Notes: a model not told the origin generated them from the letters alone. Numbered from the stretch's first letter, positions 7,524 through 16,402 are shown. The stretch: DNA of 37,432 bases from an uncultured Candidatus Saccharibacteria bacterium (GCA_964567265.1 CAZMLK010000002.1:204813-242244); one strand, 5' to 3'. Numbers and translations: made by a program.

Positions 7524-9491
7524 ATGAAGAATGCTATCGTCCCCGCCGTGCTCCTGTTTGCCGTTATGGTTCCAGGAGCTTTTGTCAGTGCTGCTTCGAT
7601 CCAGCTTCCTGAGGTTGATGCGCTCCGAGCAGCGATCCAAAAGCAGGTTGATTTGAAGAAACAGGAAGCGTATGACAAGGTCTGTGCCAAGATTCTGCCC
7701 CTGAAGCAACGCTTCCCTCAGATCAATCTCCCGCCATACTGCATCGCTCAGCCGGAGCAGGAAGCCCCTTCGGTCACGCTCACTGCTCTCCCACTCACTG
7801 TGCAGGTGGGTGCAAGCTCGCTCCTTACCTGGACATCAACCGATGCTGATTCCTGCGTAGCTTCGGGCGGCTGGAGCGGCGCAAAGGCGCTTTCGGGCAG
7901 CCAGAGCGTTACTGTTTCCGCAACAACCACCTACACGCTCGCGTGTGTGAACGAAGCAGGGACCACCACGAAATCGGTGACCGTAAATGCGACACCCGTC
8001 CCTCCATCGCCGACACCGACCGTTACCTTGAACGCATCTCCGCTCGCAGTGCAGGTCGGTTCGACCTCGACACTTACGTGGACCTCTGCGAATGCGAGCG
8101 CATGCGTCGCCTCAAACGGCTGGGCGGGAGCGAAAGCACTTTCCGGTAACGAAGTCGTGACGTTGAACGCAACCACGACCTACACCCTTGCCTGCGGCAA
8201 TGGGTCATCGACCTCGACGCAATCGATTACCATAAACGCAACACCGGTACCGGTCATTCCAACACCGACCACTACGCTTTCTGCCGCACCGCTTACCGTC
8301 CAGGTGGGAGCGACTACGACACTCACTTGGAGTTCAGCGAACGCAACTTCCTGCACGGCCTCGAATGGCTGGGCGGGCGCGAAAGCCCTCTCAGGGAATG
8401 AGGTTGCGACCGTGAATGCGACCACCACTTATACGCTTGCCTGTGGGAATGGCGCATCCACCTCGACACAGTCTGTGACCGTGAATGCGACTCCGATTCC
8501 TCCCGCAACCCCGTCACTGACTCTGACCGCATTGCCGCTTACCGTGCAGGCTGGAGCAACGACGACACTTACCTGGGTTTCCGTGAATGCGGGTATTTGT
8601 GAAGCTTCGAACGGTTGGACGGGTACGAAAGCAGTATTCGGAAGCGAAGTCGTGCTCGTGAACGCAACAACGACCTACACACTTGCGTGTGGGAACGGTA
8701 CGGCAACCTCCACCGAATCGGTGACGGTGAATGCTGCCCCTGCTCCAGTCCCGCCGACGCTGACCTTCACCGGCTCGCCCCTCCAGATTACTGCAGGGGC
8801 AACCTCGACACTCACTTGGAGTTCAGCGAACGCAACTTCCTGCACGGCCTCGAATGGCTGGGCGGGCGCGAAAGCACTTTCCGGTAATGAAGTGGTGGGG
8901 CCGCTTGCGACCACGACCTACATCCTCGCATGTAGCGGTACGGGTGGCGCAACTTCGACCAGTGTGACGATCGGGGTCACGCCGACCACCACCCTCATCG
9001 GTCATGTCGTCATTAGCGAGGTCTACTATGATGTCGATGCGATCCACGGCGCAGAGCCAGCAAACGAATGGGTGGAGCTCTTCAACGCGAGTGCGAACCC
9101 TGTCGACCTGAACGGCTGGAAACTCCAGGATGAAAGCGGGCTCTTCGATACAATCGCGACAACATCACTAGTAATCGCGCCGAACGCATTCCTTCTCATT
9201 ACGAATTCGACGACGACGCCGAGCTTCTGGACGAATTTCACTCCGGTCGTTTTCCTGAACAGCCCTATCGGAAATGCGCTTGGGAACGCGCAAGATTCAG
9301 TCGTCCTTATGAACGCGGCATCGACGACTATTGATGCGGTCAGTTGGGGAACGGCAACGACGACCTCGGTCATGGTGCCGACCGTTCCGGATGTTGCGAC
9401 TGGCCATTCAATCGGCCGCATCCAGTTCACTGCAGACACCGACACGAACGCGGACTGGGGTAATTTCGCATCCCCAACGCCTGCGCAATAA
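7524..9491 (+). CDS. secreted surface protein: signal peptide, 5 tandem Ig-like Cys-pair repeats, and a C-terminal lamin-tail domain (LTD)
   Basis: N-terminal signal peptide MKNAIVPAVLLFAVMVPGAFVSA. Five repeats of 76-83 aa follow the pattern TLxAxPLxVQxGxxxxLTWxSxxAxxCxASxGWxGxKAxxGxxxVxxxATTTYTLAC. The C-terminus HVVISEVYYD...NEWVELFNAS...VDLNGWKLQD is typical of LTD domains. Confidence 0.9.
   Translation: MKNAIVPAVLLFAVMVPGAFVSAASIQLPEVDALRAAIQKQVDLKKQEAYDKVCAKILPLKQRFPQINLPPYCIAQPEQEAPSVTLTALPLTVQVGASSLLTWTSTDADSCVASGGWSGAKALSGSQSVTVSATTTYTLACVNEAGTTTKSVTVNATPVPPSPTPTVTLNASPLAVQVGSTSTLTWTSANASACVASNGWAGAKALSGNEVVTLNATTTYTLACGNGSSTSTQSITINATPVPVIPTPTTTLSAAPLTVQVGATTTLTWSSANATSCTASNGWAGAKALSGNEVATVNATTTYTLACGNGASTSTQSVTVNATPIPPATPSLTLTALPLTVQAGATTTLTWVSVNAGICEASNGWTGTKAVFGSEVVLVNATTTYTLACGNGTATSTESVTVNAAPAPVPPTLTFTGSPLQITAGATSTLTWSSANATSCTASNGWAGAKALSGNEVVGPLATTTYILACSGTGGATSTSVTIGVTPTTTLIGHVVISEVYYDVDAIHGAEPANEWVELFNASANPVDLNGWKLQDESGLFDTIATTSLVIAPNAFLLITNSTTTPSFWTNFTPVVFLNSPIGNALGNAQDSVVLMNAASTTIDAVSWGTATTTSVMVPTVPDVATGHSIGRIQFTADTDTNADWGNFASPTPAQ
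7770..8984 (+). repeat. five in-frame tandem repeats (about 228-249 nt each) inside the LTD protein gene
   Basis: Repeat starts are at aa 83, 166, 249, 331 and 412. A 68-nt block is 100% identical between repeat 3 (8319-8386) and repeat 5 (8808-8875). Confidence 0.9.
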
Positions 9492-9496
9492 ACAGA

Positions 9497-9549
9497 GTTG
9501 AAACAAAACAGGCCGGGCCCCTTAGGGGCCCGGCCTGTTTTGTTTCAAC
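9497..9549. terminator. 25-bp perfect hairpin between convergent genes
   Basis: GTTGAAACAAAACAGGCCGGGCCCC-TTA-GGGGCCCGGCCTGTTTTGTTTCAAC. The right arm abuts the recG stop codon. Confidence 0.75.
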
Positions 9550-11705
9550 TATTCAAAATGCGTATCCAGCGCCTTTTCTTCCGAAAGACTTCGGAGAAGT
9601 GGATATTTCGAGAGGGAAGAGTCCTCCTCGACCAGGATGCCAGCTTCATTCCGAGCGGCCTCGACCATCTTCAGATTCTTCATCGCTTCCATCGCGAGAT
9701 CAGAGAGGCCGGATTGATTCCTCCCGGCAAGCTCGCCGGGACCGCGGATCGCGAGATCGAATTCAGCAAGCTCGAAGCCGTTCCTGGCGGTCTTGAGGGC
9801 GTTCAATCGCTCCGCCGTCTTCTTGGAGCCCGATTCCGTGAAGCAGAAGCAGTAGGCCTGGTGGTTGGAACGGATCACGCGCCCACGAAGCTGGTGGAGC
9901 TGTGCGAGTCCGTAGCGCTCTGCGCCTTCGATGATGATCACGGTCGCATTCGCGACCGACACGCCGACTTCGACCACCGAAGTTGCAACCAGGATATCAA
10001 TGGTGCCGTCCGCAAACTTCGCCATCACCTTGTCCTTGTCCTTTGGCGTCATCTTGCCGTGGAGGATGCCGAATTCGAGCTCAGGGAACACATTCTTCTT
10101 GAGATGCTTCGCTTCCGCGCCCACCGATTTCGCAAGGAGCGCCTGCTCCTTGGTGGGGTCAGGCTCGTCGATGCGGGGGCAGATCACATATGCCTGCCTT
10201 CCTGCATTGATTTCGGCGCGCACTTTTTCATACACGGCATCACGGCCGTCAGGAAGGACAATGTCGGTCAGGACCGCTTTCCGCCCCTTCGGCATCTCGT
10301 CGAGAAGCGTGAGATCGAGATCGCCATAGATCGTGAGCGCGAGCGTGCGGGGGATGGGGGTCGCGGTCATGGAGAGGAGATGTGGCGCGACCGCATCCTT
10401 CCGCACGAGATTCTGACGCTGCGCGGTGCCGAAGCGATGCTGCTCGTCGATGATCACGTAGGCGAGGTTCTTGAACTTCACTGACTTCGAGATGAGCGAA
10501 TGGGTTCCGATGAGGATAGGAATCTCGCCGTTCGCGACCCACTTGAGGAGCTGAGCGCGTGAGATCTCGGTCGAGGTGGTCGGGTTCGTCTTCGAGGGGA
10601 ATTTCCGGCAGCCGCTCGAGGTGATGAGTCCGATCTGGATAGGCAGATGCTCGAAATAGCGGATGAATGACTCGAAATGCTGCTTCGCGAGGATCTCGGT
10701 CGGGCACATGTAGGCGACTTGGAGATTGCCATAGTCCTTATTGCCTGGATGCGTGGTGACCGTGGCGAAGACGGTCGCCGCCGCGACAGCGGTCTTGCCG
10801 CTCCCGACATCGCCCTCGAGCAGGCGTGCCATCGGATGCTTGGTCTCGAAGTCGGTGAGGATGGTCTCGATCGCGCTCTTCTGCGCGTTCGTCGCCTCAA
10901 AGGGAAAGCGTGTCATGAATTCCTGCACCCCCCTCCGCTTCACTTTGATGGGAAGGGAGGGCATCTCGCGGAACGCCTTCCGATCGCGCTGCTTCGCGAT
11001 CTGTATCAGGAACACTTCCTCGAAGGCAAAACGCTTCCGCGCCGCCTTCGAATCATCCTCCTTGTGCGGCGCATGGAGCCATACGAGCGCCGTCCGGATC
11101 GAGGGGAGGTGGTAGCGCGCAAGGACTGCTTCTGGAATCGACTCTTCGATCGTGTCGAGGATGCCGCTCTGGAGGGTTTTCCGGATTGCGTGGCGGAACC
11201 ATTGCGAAGTGATGCCGCGGCTCTCGGCGTAGAGGGCGTAGAATGCTTCTGACGAATTGTCGGCTCCGAAGAGGGAATCGTGAGAGTCTATCGGAAGCTC
11301 GTCAACGGTCTCGATTTCTGGATTAGCGAGATACATCCCTTTCTCGCTGCCCGACACCTTCCCGCCGATTTTCACATACGCGCCGTTCTTGATGAGCTTT
11401 GCGATGAAGGGCTGGTGGAACCACATCACCTTCATCTTTCCGCTGCCGTCCTCGACATAGCCGTTCGCGACCGCCGTCCGGCTCTTCCAGGTCTTGCCCG
11501 TCGCGAGCCCGGATATCTTGCCGTACACGATTGCGTCATCACCGATCTGGAGGCTCGAGATCGTCTTGATGGCGGAGATATTATCGTAGCGGGTGGGGAA
11601 GTGGTAGAGGAGGTCGCGGACAGTGCGGATGCGGAGCTTCTTGAGCGCCGTTTTCTGAGGCGCGGTGAGGCGGAAGCTCTTTTCGATAGGGTCGCTGGCC
11701 AGCAT
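9549..11705 (-). CDS. recG: ATP-dependent DNA helicase RecG
   Basis: 718 aa with an N-terminal wedge/OB region and SF2 helicase motifs GDVGSGKT, DEQHRFG, MTATPIPRT, HGKM and QLHQLRGRV. Confidence 0.95.
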   Translation of the reverse strand: MLASDPIEKSFRLTAPQKTALKKLRIRTVRDLLYHFPTRYDNISAIKTISSLQIGDDAIVYGKISGLATGKTWKSRTAVANGYVEDGSGKMKVMWFHQPFIAKLIKNGAYVKIGGKVSGSEKGMYLANPEIETVDELPIDSHDSLFGADNSSEAFYALYAESRGITSQWFRHAIRKTLQSGILDTIEESIPEAVLARYHLPSIRTALVWLHAPHKEDDSKAARKRFAFEEVFLIQIAKQRDRKAFREMPSLPIKVKRRGVQEFMTRFPFEATNAQKSAIETILTDFETKHPMARLLEGDVGSGKTAVAAATVFATVTTHPGNKDYGNLQVAYMCPTEILAKQHFESFIRYFEHLPIQIGLITSSGCRKFPSKTNPTTSTEISRAQLLKWVANGEIPILIGTHSLISKSVKFKNLAYVIIDEQHRFGTAQRQNLVRKDAVAPHLLSMTATPIPRTLALTIYGDLDLTLLDEMPKGRKAVLTDIVLPDGRDAVYEKVRAEINAGRQAYVICPRIDEPDPTKEQALLAKSVGAEAKHLKKNVFPELEFGILHGKMTPKDKDKVMAKFADGTIDILVATSVVEVGVSVANATVIIIEGAERYGLAQLHQLRGRVIRSNHQAYCFCFTESGSKKTAERLNALKTARNGFELAEFDLAIRGPGELAGRNQSGLSDLAMEAMKNLKMVEAARNEAGILVEEDSSLSKYPLLRSLSEEKALDTHFE

Positions 11706-11713
11706 GTGCCTTC

Positions 11714-11721
11714 AGTATACC
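11714..11721 (-). promoter_or_regulatory. GGTATACT -10 box 8 nt before the recG ATG
   Basis: The minus strand reads cGGTATACT-gaaggcac-ATG (ATG at 11705-11703). Confidence 0.45.
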
Positions 11722-11722
11722 G

Positions 11723-11769
11723 AAAAAACAACCCCCGGGGGCCGCGCTTCGCACGACCCCCGGGGGTTG
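11723..11769 (-). terminator. terminator of the upstream minus-strand gene
   Basis: CAACCCCCGGGGG...CCCCCGGGGGTTG forms a 13-bp stem (11729-11741 with 11757-11769), followed on the minus strand by TTTTTT. Confidence 0.7.
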
Positions 11770-11795
11770 AGTTGAATGGAACCAGCAGGGAAATC

Positions 11796-12308
11796 CTACA
11801 TTCCCGACGGAGTCGTTGTCGGCATCGTTGCGACGATCTCAAACGGGGTCATGACGACCATACCATCGGCGCTCATGGTCGGGACATCAGCACCTGGGAA
11901 TTCATACGCACCATCTCCGTCATCGGTGTGGAGCATCGCGTAGAGCTTGTCTCCAACCTTCACGGATTCCGTCAGTGTCACTGCGACACTCTCTGTGGTG
12001 CCTGTTGCCATGAGGGCGGACACCCCGATGACCTTGCCCGGCTTGCCGGCATCATCTCGGTGGATGGCGACGAAGGAGGGTTGCGCCGCTTCGACTACCG
12101 AGAGCGTAAGACTTTTCCCCGGAAGCCCCGCCGTAATAGCGACCGCATTCCGAGGGAGGGCTGCACCGGTCGGTGCGGTGTCGGTCGAGGTGGCCATCGT
12201 ATCTTCTGGCGTCGTCGGTGCCTGGACGGTGCCGTCCTGGAGAAGGAGGAACGTGCCAGCGCCGACCAAAAGCAGTACTACTAATGCGCCGATTATTGTT
12301 TTACCCAT
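11796..12308 (-). CDS. membrane-anchored exported protein, hypothetical
   Basis: 170 aa with an N-terminal TM/signal anchor IIGALVVLLLVGAGTFLLL, then a Thr/Pro-rich linker and a beta-rich domain. No family was recognised confidently. Confidence 0.7.
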   Translation of the reverse strand: MGKTIIGALVVLLLVGAGTFLLLQDGTVQAPTTPEDTMATSTDTAPTGAALPRNAVAITAGLPGKSLTLSVVEAAQPSFVAIHRDDAGKPGKVIGVSALMATGTTESVAVTLTESVKVGDKLYAMLHTDDGDGAYEFPGADVPTMSADGMVVMTPFEIVATMPTTTPSGM

Positions 12309-12396
12309 AGTGTGTGAAGTTAACTGCTACCCCTTCAGTATCCCACAGTCCGCGCCTGCTCTCCACAGCCGGAATACACCCGGCGGCCGTAGAAGC

Positions 12397-12404
12397 GGTA
12401 TACT
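12397..12404 (+). promoter_or_regulatory. GGTATACT -10 box 13 nt before ATG 12418
   Basis: cGGTATACT-N13-ATG, read directly. Confidence 0.4.
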
Positions 12405-12417
12405 AGGCGGTACCATC

Positions 12418-12846
12418 ATGGACTCGGAACCAACTCCTTCCCCAGAAGCGCCTCAGGATCGCGTACTTATCGTCGAGGACGATATCTTCCTCGCTGATCT
12501 CATCTGCCGGAAATTCCAGGATTATTTCATTGTTCTCCATGCCGGATCAGTCGCGCAGGCCCGCGATATTGTCGCCAGCGAGGCAGGTGCGATCGACCTC
12601 ATCTGCCTCGATATCCAGCTCCCGGGTGAGAACGGCATCGTCTTCCTTGAGGAGGTGCGGAAAAACGAGAAGCTGAAGTCGGTACCGGTCCTCATCATCT
12701 CGAATTTCAGCCAGGATGATGAAAAGAAGCGCGCAAAGGATGCGGGCGCCACCGACTACATCGTGAAGGCGAATGTGGATCTGAACGAGATCGTAACGAA
12801 GGGGAAGGAGCTGATTGCGGCCGCGAAAAAGACGGCAACGGCGTAA
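12418..12846 (+). CDS. single-domain response regulator (CheY-like receiver)
   Basis: The ORF track entry 11947..12846 was trimmed to ATG 12418. Receiver residues are present: VEDD, phospho-acceptor context LICLDIQLP, IISN and YIVKA. There is no output domain. Confidence 0.88.
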   Translation: MDSEPTPSPEAPQDRVLIVEDDIFLADLICRKFQDYFIVLHAGSVAQARDIVASEAGAIDLICLDIQLPGENGIVFLEEVRKNEKLKSVPVLIISNFSQDDEKKRAKDAGATDYIVKANVDLNEIVTKGKELIAAAKKTATA

Positions 12847-12870
12847 CTTATTCTCCGTTGAGGGAATAAT

Positions 12871-12917
12871 ACGTACAGGCCCCGGTTTTGGCTCTGCCAA
12901 AACCGGGGCCTGTACGT
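12871..12917 (+). terminator. 21-bp perfect hairpin
   Basis: ACGTACAGGCCCCGGTTTTGG-CTCTG-CCAAAACCGGGGCCTGTACGT. There is no clear U-tract. Confidence 0.6.
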
Positions 12918-12927
12918 ACGGCGAATT

Positions 12928-12936
12928 TGGTATACT
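12928..12936 (+). promoter_or_regulatory. extended -10 TGGTATACT 7 nt before ATG 12944 (leaderless-type)
   Basis: TGGTATACT-gggtgat-ATG, read directly. Confidence 0.5.
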
Positions 12937-12943
12937 GGGTGAT

Positions 12944-13645
12944 ATGGAACTTACGCGTGGCGATGCGGAGCTGGAAGCGCTGAACGCGGCGCTCAATGAC
13001 CCTGACGCCCTTCTAGAATATAAGCGGCCATTCGACGGGTATCCTGTCAGCTGGCTTCCTCGGGTACTCGGGAACTGGCTGGTCTTCTGCGGGAACGTCG
13101 TCTACGGGAACGAGCCTTCCTATCTCAAATTCCGCGCAGTCGAAGTCATCGCGCGCGTGCCGTACCACTCATGGTCCTCGGCCGCATACACGCTCCTCAC
13201 CCTCACGTACTCAGATGAACAACGGGCCATGCGTCTTTCTGAGATCTCGAAATATGCGCGGATCGCGCAGGAAAACGAAACCATGCACGTGGTCGTCGTA
13301 TCCCAGTTCGCCGCCGACGAAGCGCGGGTCGGAACATTCCGCCACACCGTGATTCCGATGACCTTCGCGTTCTTCTACTTCTGGTGGTCGTATGTACTCT
13401 ACCTCGTGAACCCGCGGTATTCCCTCGAGCTCAACTATCTCTTTGAAAGCCATGCGTTCGAGCAATACAGCGAGTTCATCACCAGAAACGAGGAGATGCT
13501 GAAGGGGAAGCCTGCCGAGAGCGAATTCCTGGCATGGTATGGCCGCAATTTCCGCAATCAGTATGAATTCTTCCGGTCGGTCCGGAACGATGAGATCATT
13601 CACCGCAATCAATCCGTGCACGATATCGGACTCCACGAGCGATGA
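12944..13645 (+). CDS. alternative oxidase / plastid terminal oxidase (AOX/PTOX)-family di-iron protein
   Basis: The ORF track entry 12815..13645 was trimmed to ATG 12944 (233 aa). The four di-iron carboxylate motifs occur in canonical order: VEVIARVPY (E), ENETMHV (ExxH), FESHAFEQY (E) and RNDEIIHRN (ExxH). ARVPY and ESHA..Y are closest to the PTOX style. Confidence 0.78.
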   Translation: MELTRGDAELEALNAALNDPDALLEYKRPFDGYPVSWLPRVLGNWLVFCGNVVYGNEPSYLKFRAVEVIARVPYHSWSSAAYTLLTLTYSDEQRAMRLSEISKYARIAQENETMHVVVVSQFAADEARVGTFRHTVIPMTFAFFYFWWSYVLYLVNPRYSLELNYLFESHAFEQYSEFITRNEEMLKGKPAESEFLAWYGRNFRNQYEFFRSVRNDEIIHRNQSVHDIGLHER

Positions 13646-14247
13646 CGCAGCAGGTGCTCGTCATTCATGGCGGCAATGCGTACGACTCGTACGAGGAGTA
13701 TAGGGCCGCGCTTCAGGCGAAGGAGGTGAGCTTGGACGATTTGGGCAAGAAGGGCTGGAAGGACAGTCTCGGCACCGCACTCGGCCCTCGTTTCCAGGTC
13801 TTCAATCCGCGCATGCCGAACGCCCAGAACGCGAAGTACGGAGAGTGGAAACTCTGGTTCGAGAAATTCATCCCGTTCCTCGATCCGAATCCGATCCTTA
13901 TTGGTCACTCGCTCGGCGGCATCTTCCTTGCAAAATATCTTTCAGAAGAGATCTATCCAGGAAAAATCAAAGCCACATTCCTGATCGCGGCTCCGTACAG
14001 TACCAGAGATCATGAGCCGATAGGGGATTTCATCCTCACGACGCCGCGAGCGGAGCTCGCGGCGCAAGCTGGTCAGCTTTTCCTGTACCACAGCAAAGAC
14101 GATATGGTTGTCCCGTTCACGAGCCTCGAGCACTATCAGCAGGAACTCCCCGCCGCACATGCCCGCATCTTTGAAGACAAGGGGCATTTCAATACAGAGG
14201 CGTTTCCGGAACTCGCGGATGATCTGAAACGCATCGTCGCTGTGTAA
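13642..14247 (+). CDS. alpha/beta hydrolase (YdeN/RBBP9-like serine hydrolase)
   Basis: 201 aa with an ATGA overlap onto the preceding gene. Motifs: VLVIHGGNAY, nucleophile elbow GHSLGG, acid region HSKDDMVVPF, and His in KGHF. Confidence 0.8.
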   Translation: MTQQVLVIHGGNAYDSYEEYRAALQAKEVSLDDLGKKGWKDSLGTALGPRFQVFNPRMPNAQNAKYGEWKLWFEKFIPFLDPNPILIGHSLGGIFLAKYLSEEIYPGKIKATFLIAAPYSTRDHEPIGDFILTTPRAELAAQAGQLFLYHSKDDMVVPFTSLEHYQQELPAAHARIFEDKGHFNTEAFPELADDLKRIVAV

Positions 14248-14271
14248 GTACCAACCAGACGTTTAAGGGAA

Positions 14272-14280
14272 TGGTATAGT
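14272..14280 (+). promoter_or_regulatory. extended -10 TGGTATAGT exactly 6 nt before ATG 14287 (leaderless-type)
   Basis: TGGTATAGT-gcggta-ATG, read directly. Confidence 0.5.
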
Positions 14281-14286
14281 GCGGTA

Positions 14287-15348
14287 ATGCTATTTCGCTC
14301 AAGGTATCTTGCGCTCATTGTGACAACTCTTGCGGTACCACTCTCCGCTGTAGCCCACGAAGTGTATGTCCTCCCAAAGGATGTTATTACTCAGGGAGTC
14401 AGTACGCCAGGCTTCTCACTTCTGACTGTACTCGGCCGTAATCTTTCCGAATTTTTTTTGTGGGCATTCGTTGGAGCGCTCACAGTTTTTATTGTTTTTT
14501 CTATATCAATTTCACGAACAATGGAACGGATTTTTGATCCAATGCTGGCCGTGCTCCCGAAGTATGCCCCCCTCATAGGCCGCATAACAATCGGGCTCTC
14601 ATTTATTGCTGCAGCGTACTACCAATCATTGTTTGGCCCCGAGCTTCCCCTGGTTGAGATATTCGGCGTGTATGCTCCTTTCGCAACTACAGTGCTCGTC
14701 ACTGCTGGAAGTATGATTGCATTTGGAGTCTATACACGACTCGCGGCGATAGCCGCTCTCATGCTTTTTTGTGTCGCAGTCTCGGTGAATGGCTTGTATA
14801 TGTTGACCTATACGAACTACGTGGGCGAGCTCATCCTTCTCACCTTGCTCGGGGGCCATCGCATTGCGGTGCATCATGTGGGGCACGATGCAAAAAATCT
14901 TTCGAGGGATTTACGCAAATTGAAGGGCCGTTTAACACCATACGCCTTCCTCGTATTACGAGTCACCTTCGGTATCTCACTGCTGTATGCATCGATCTAC
15001 GCTAAGGTTGTTCATGACGGTTTGGCGCTCGCAGTGGCCTCAATGCCACTTGCTGGGCACGCAACGAGCCTTGCCTCGGTATTTGGATTTGAGCCACATT
15101 TTCTGGTGCTGGGAGCCGCAATCGTTGAGATTGTCATCGGCGTCTTCTTTATTCTCGGCATTGAAATCCGGTTCACTTCGATGTTCCTGTTGTTTTGGTT
15201 ATCACTCTCACTCATGTACTTTGGCGAAGTTGTGTGGCCTCATATCGTGTTGATAGGTATTCCGATCGCATTTATCGCGTATGGATACGACAAGTATTCT
15301 CTCGAAGGATGGTTGTTTAAAAGTGAGGGCAGGGAGCCGGTGCTGTGA
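14287..15348 (+). CDS. polytopic membrane protein (possible duplicated DoxX/DoxD-like fold)
   Basis: 353 aa with a signal-like N-terminus and about 8 TM helices. Two segments (YAPLIGRITIGLSF..., YAFLVLRVTFGISLLY...) resemble DoxX-type N-termini, but the family call is weak. By eye the GC content is lower than in neighbouring genes. Confidence 0.7.
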   Translation: MLFRSRYLALIVTTLAVPLSAVAHEVYVLPKDVITQGVSTPGFSLLTVLGRNLSEFFLWAFVGALTVFIVFSISISRTMERIFDPMLAVLPKYAPLIGRITIGLSFIAAAYYQSLFGPELPLVEIFGVYAPFATTVLVTAGSMIAFGVYTRLAAIAALMLFCVAVSVNGLYMLTYTNYVGELILLTLLGGHRIAVHHVGHDAKNLSRDLRKLKGRLTPYAFLVLRVTFGISLLYASIYAKVVHDGLALAVASMPLAGHATSLASVFGFEPHFLVLGAAIVEIVIGVFFILGIEIRFTSMFLLFWLSLSLMYFGEVVWPHIVLIGIPIAFIAYGYDKYSLEGWLFKSEGREPVL

Positions 15349-15409
15349 TCACCCTCTAACACAAAATCGCGTACGAAATACGCGCACTTTTTTGATGGAG
15401 GAGTATTTT

Positions 15410-15985
15410 TTACTTCACGAGGATACCGCACTGGCGGCATGAGCCGCCGCTCGCGCAATGTGGCGCTCCTGCGGCTATTTCCCAAGCAGCCCAAATACCA
15501 CCCATGGCTTCGCATTGGGCGCTGGTCGGAGTCGCAGAGTCGGGAATATCTGGTTGCCACGCTATCATGAAAGAATATGGGCCGCCGGAAACGGTCCCAA
15601 TTGGGGCAGGAAGCCAGTATGAGCCAGGAGATTGATACAAATAGGCACCGTACACACGCGTAGGAATAGGGTCTAAGGGAATCGGATTGATGTAGCTACC
15701 GATAGCTGCATCCACTGTTGGATTATTCACGGCGCCACCCCAGCAACTTGAGGCTCCGAGACAGTACAATGTTCCTCCGGTGCTCGGTGGCTTCCCTCCG
15801 TTCTGATCTTTTGCACTTTCAATAGCGATGCGGAGTTGGCGAATATCACTCATGCGTGTTGCGTCACGCGCCTTTGCTTTTGCTGATCCAAGTGCAGCGA
15901 GTACAATCGACGACAGAATGCCAATAATCGCAATGACGACGAGCAGTTCGATAAGGGTAAATCCCCGAGATTTCTTTCCCATCAT
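15410..15985 (-). CDS. type IV pilin-like protein (orphan, outside the main locus)
   Basis: Class III signal MMGKKSRG|[22 protein letters not shown] with Glu+5. The 191-aa protein has a Cys-containing C-terminus. Confidence 0.88.
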   Translation of the reverse strand: MMGKKSRGFTLIELLVVIAIIGILSSIVLAALGSAKAKARDATRMSDIRQLRIAIESAKDQNGGKPPSTGGTLYCLGASSCWGGAVNNPTVDAAIGSYINPIPLDPIPTRVYGAYLYQSPGSYWLPAPIGTVSGGPYSFMIAWQPDIPDSATPTSAQCEAMGGIWAAWEIAAGAPHCASGGSCRQCGILVK

Positions 15986-16257
15986 TTATTTGTGTATAAA
16001 ATATCTTCTTCGGTGGGGGCGAAATCCATGCCTTTTCTCCCGAAACCACCGTTGATAACGAGATATGCAGAAAAAGCGATCCCGACAATCACGAAGACGA
16101 TAAGAATCATTCCGGCCTGTGCCTCGGTCTTGATCCCTGGCAGTTTCATCGCCATCCGCACCGCCCACGGTGTTTTTTTTGGAGGATTCACTTGAGCTCG
16201 TTGTGCGACTTGATCGATTTCGAATACGACACGCCGAGGATTATTGTCCATGCCCAT
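15982..16257 (-). CDS. small membrane protein, hypothetical (translationally coupled to the orphan pilin)
   Basis: 91 aa with one TM (GMILIVFVIVGIAFSAYLVI). Its TGA stop overlaps the pilin ATG (ATGA). Confidence 0.55.
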   Translation of the reverse strand: MGMDNNPRRVVFEIDQVAQRAQVNPPKKTPWAVRMAMKLPGIKTEAQAGMILIVFVIVGIAFSAYLVINGGFGRKGMDFAPTEEDILYTNK

Positions 16258-16402
16258 AATCTTTATGATGCAGAAAGTACGGATAACCGCCCTATTTTTA
16301 TGGTAACAACGGAACTTAGCGACCGCAAGACATGTTGAAGGAGAGGGTGTAGGAAAAATCTGCCGTAGTTAATTTTGGTAGCAGAACCTACCAGTTATTT
16401 CT

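Noticed and set aside
11947-12417. N-terminal extensions of ORF-track entries 11947..12846 and 12815..13645.
   Set aside because: The extensions run antisense through another gene or across a 21-bp hairpin. Internal ATGs at 12418 and 12944, each preceded by a TATACT box, give proteins of canonical family length.
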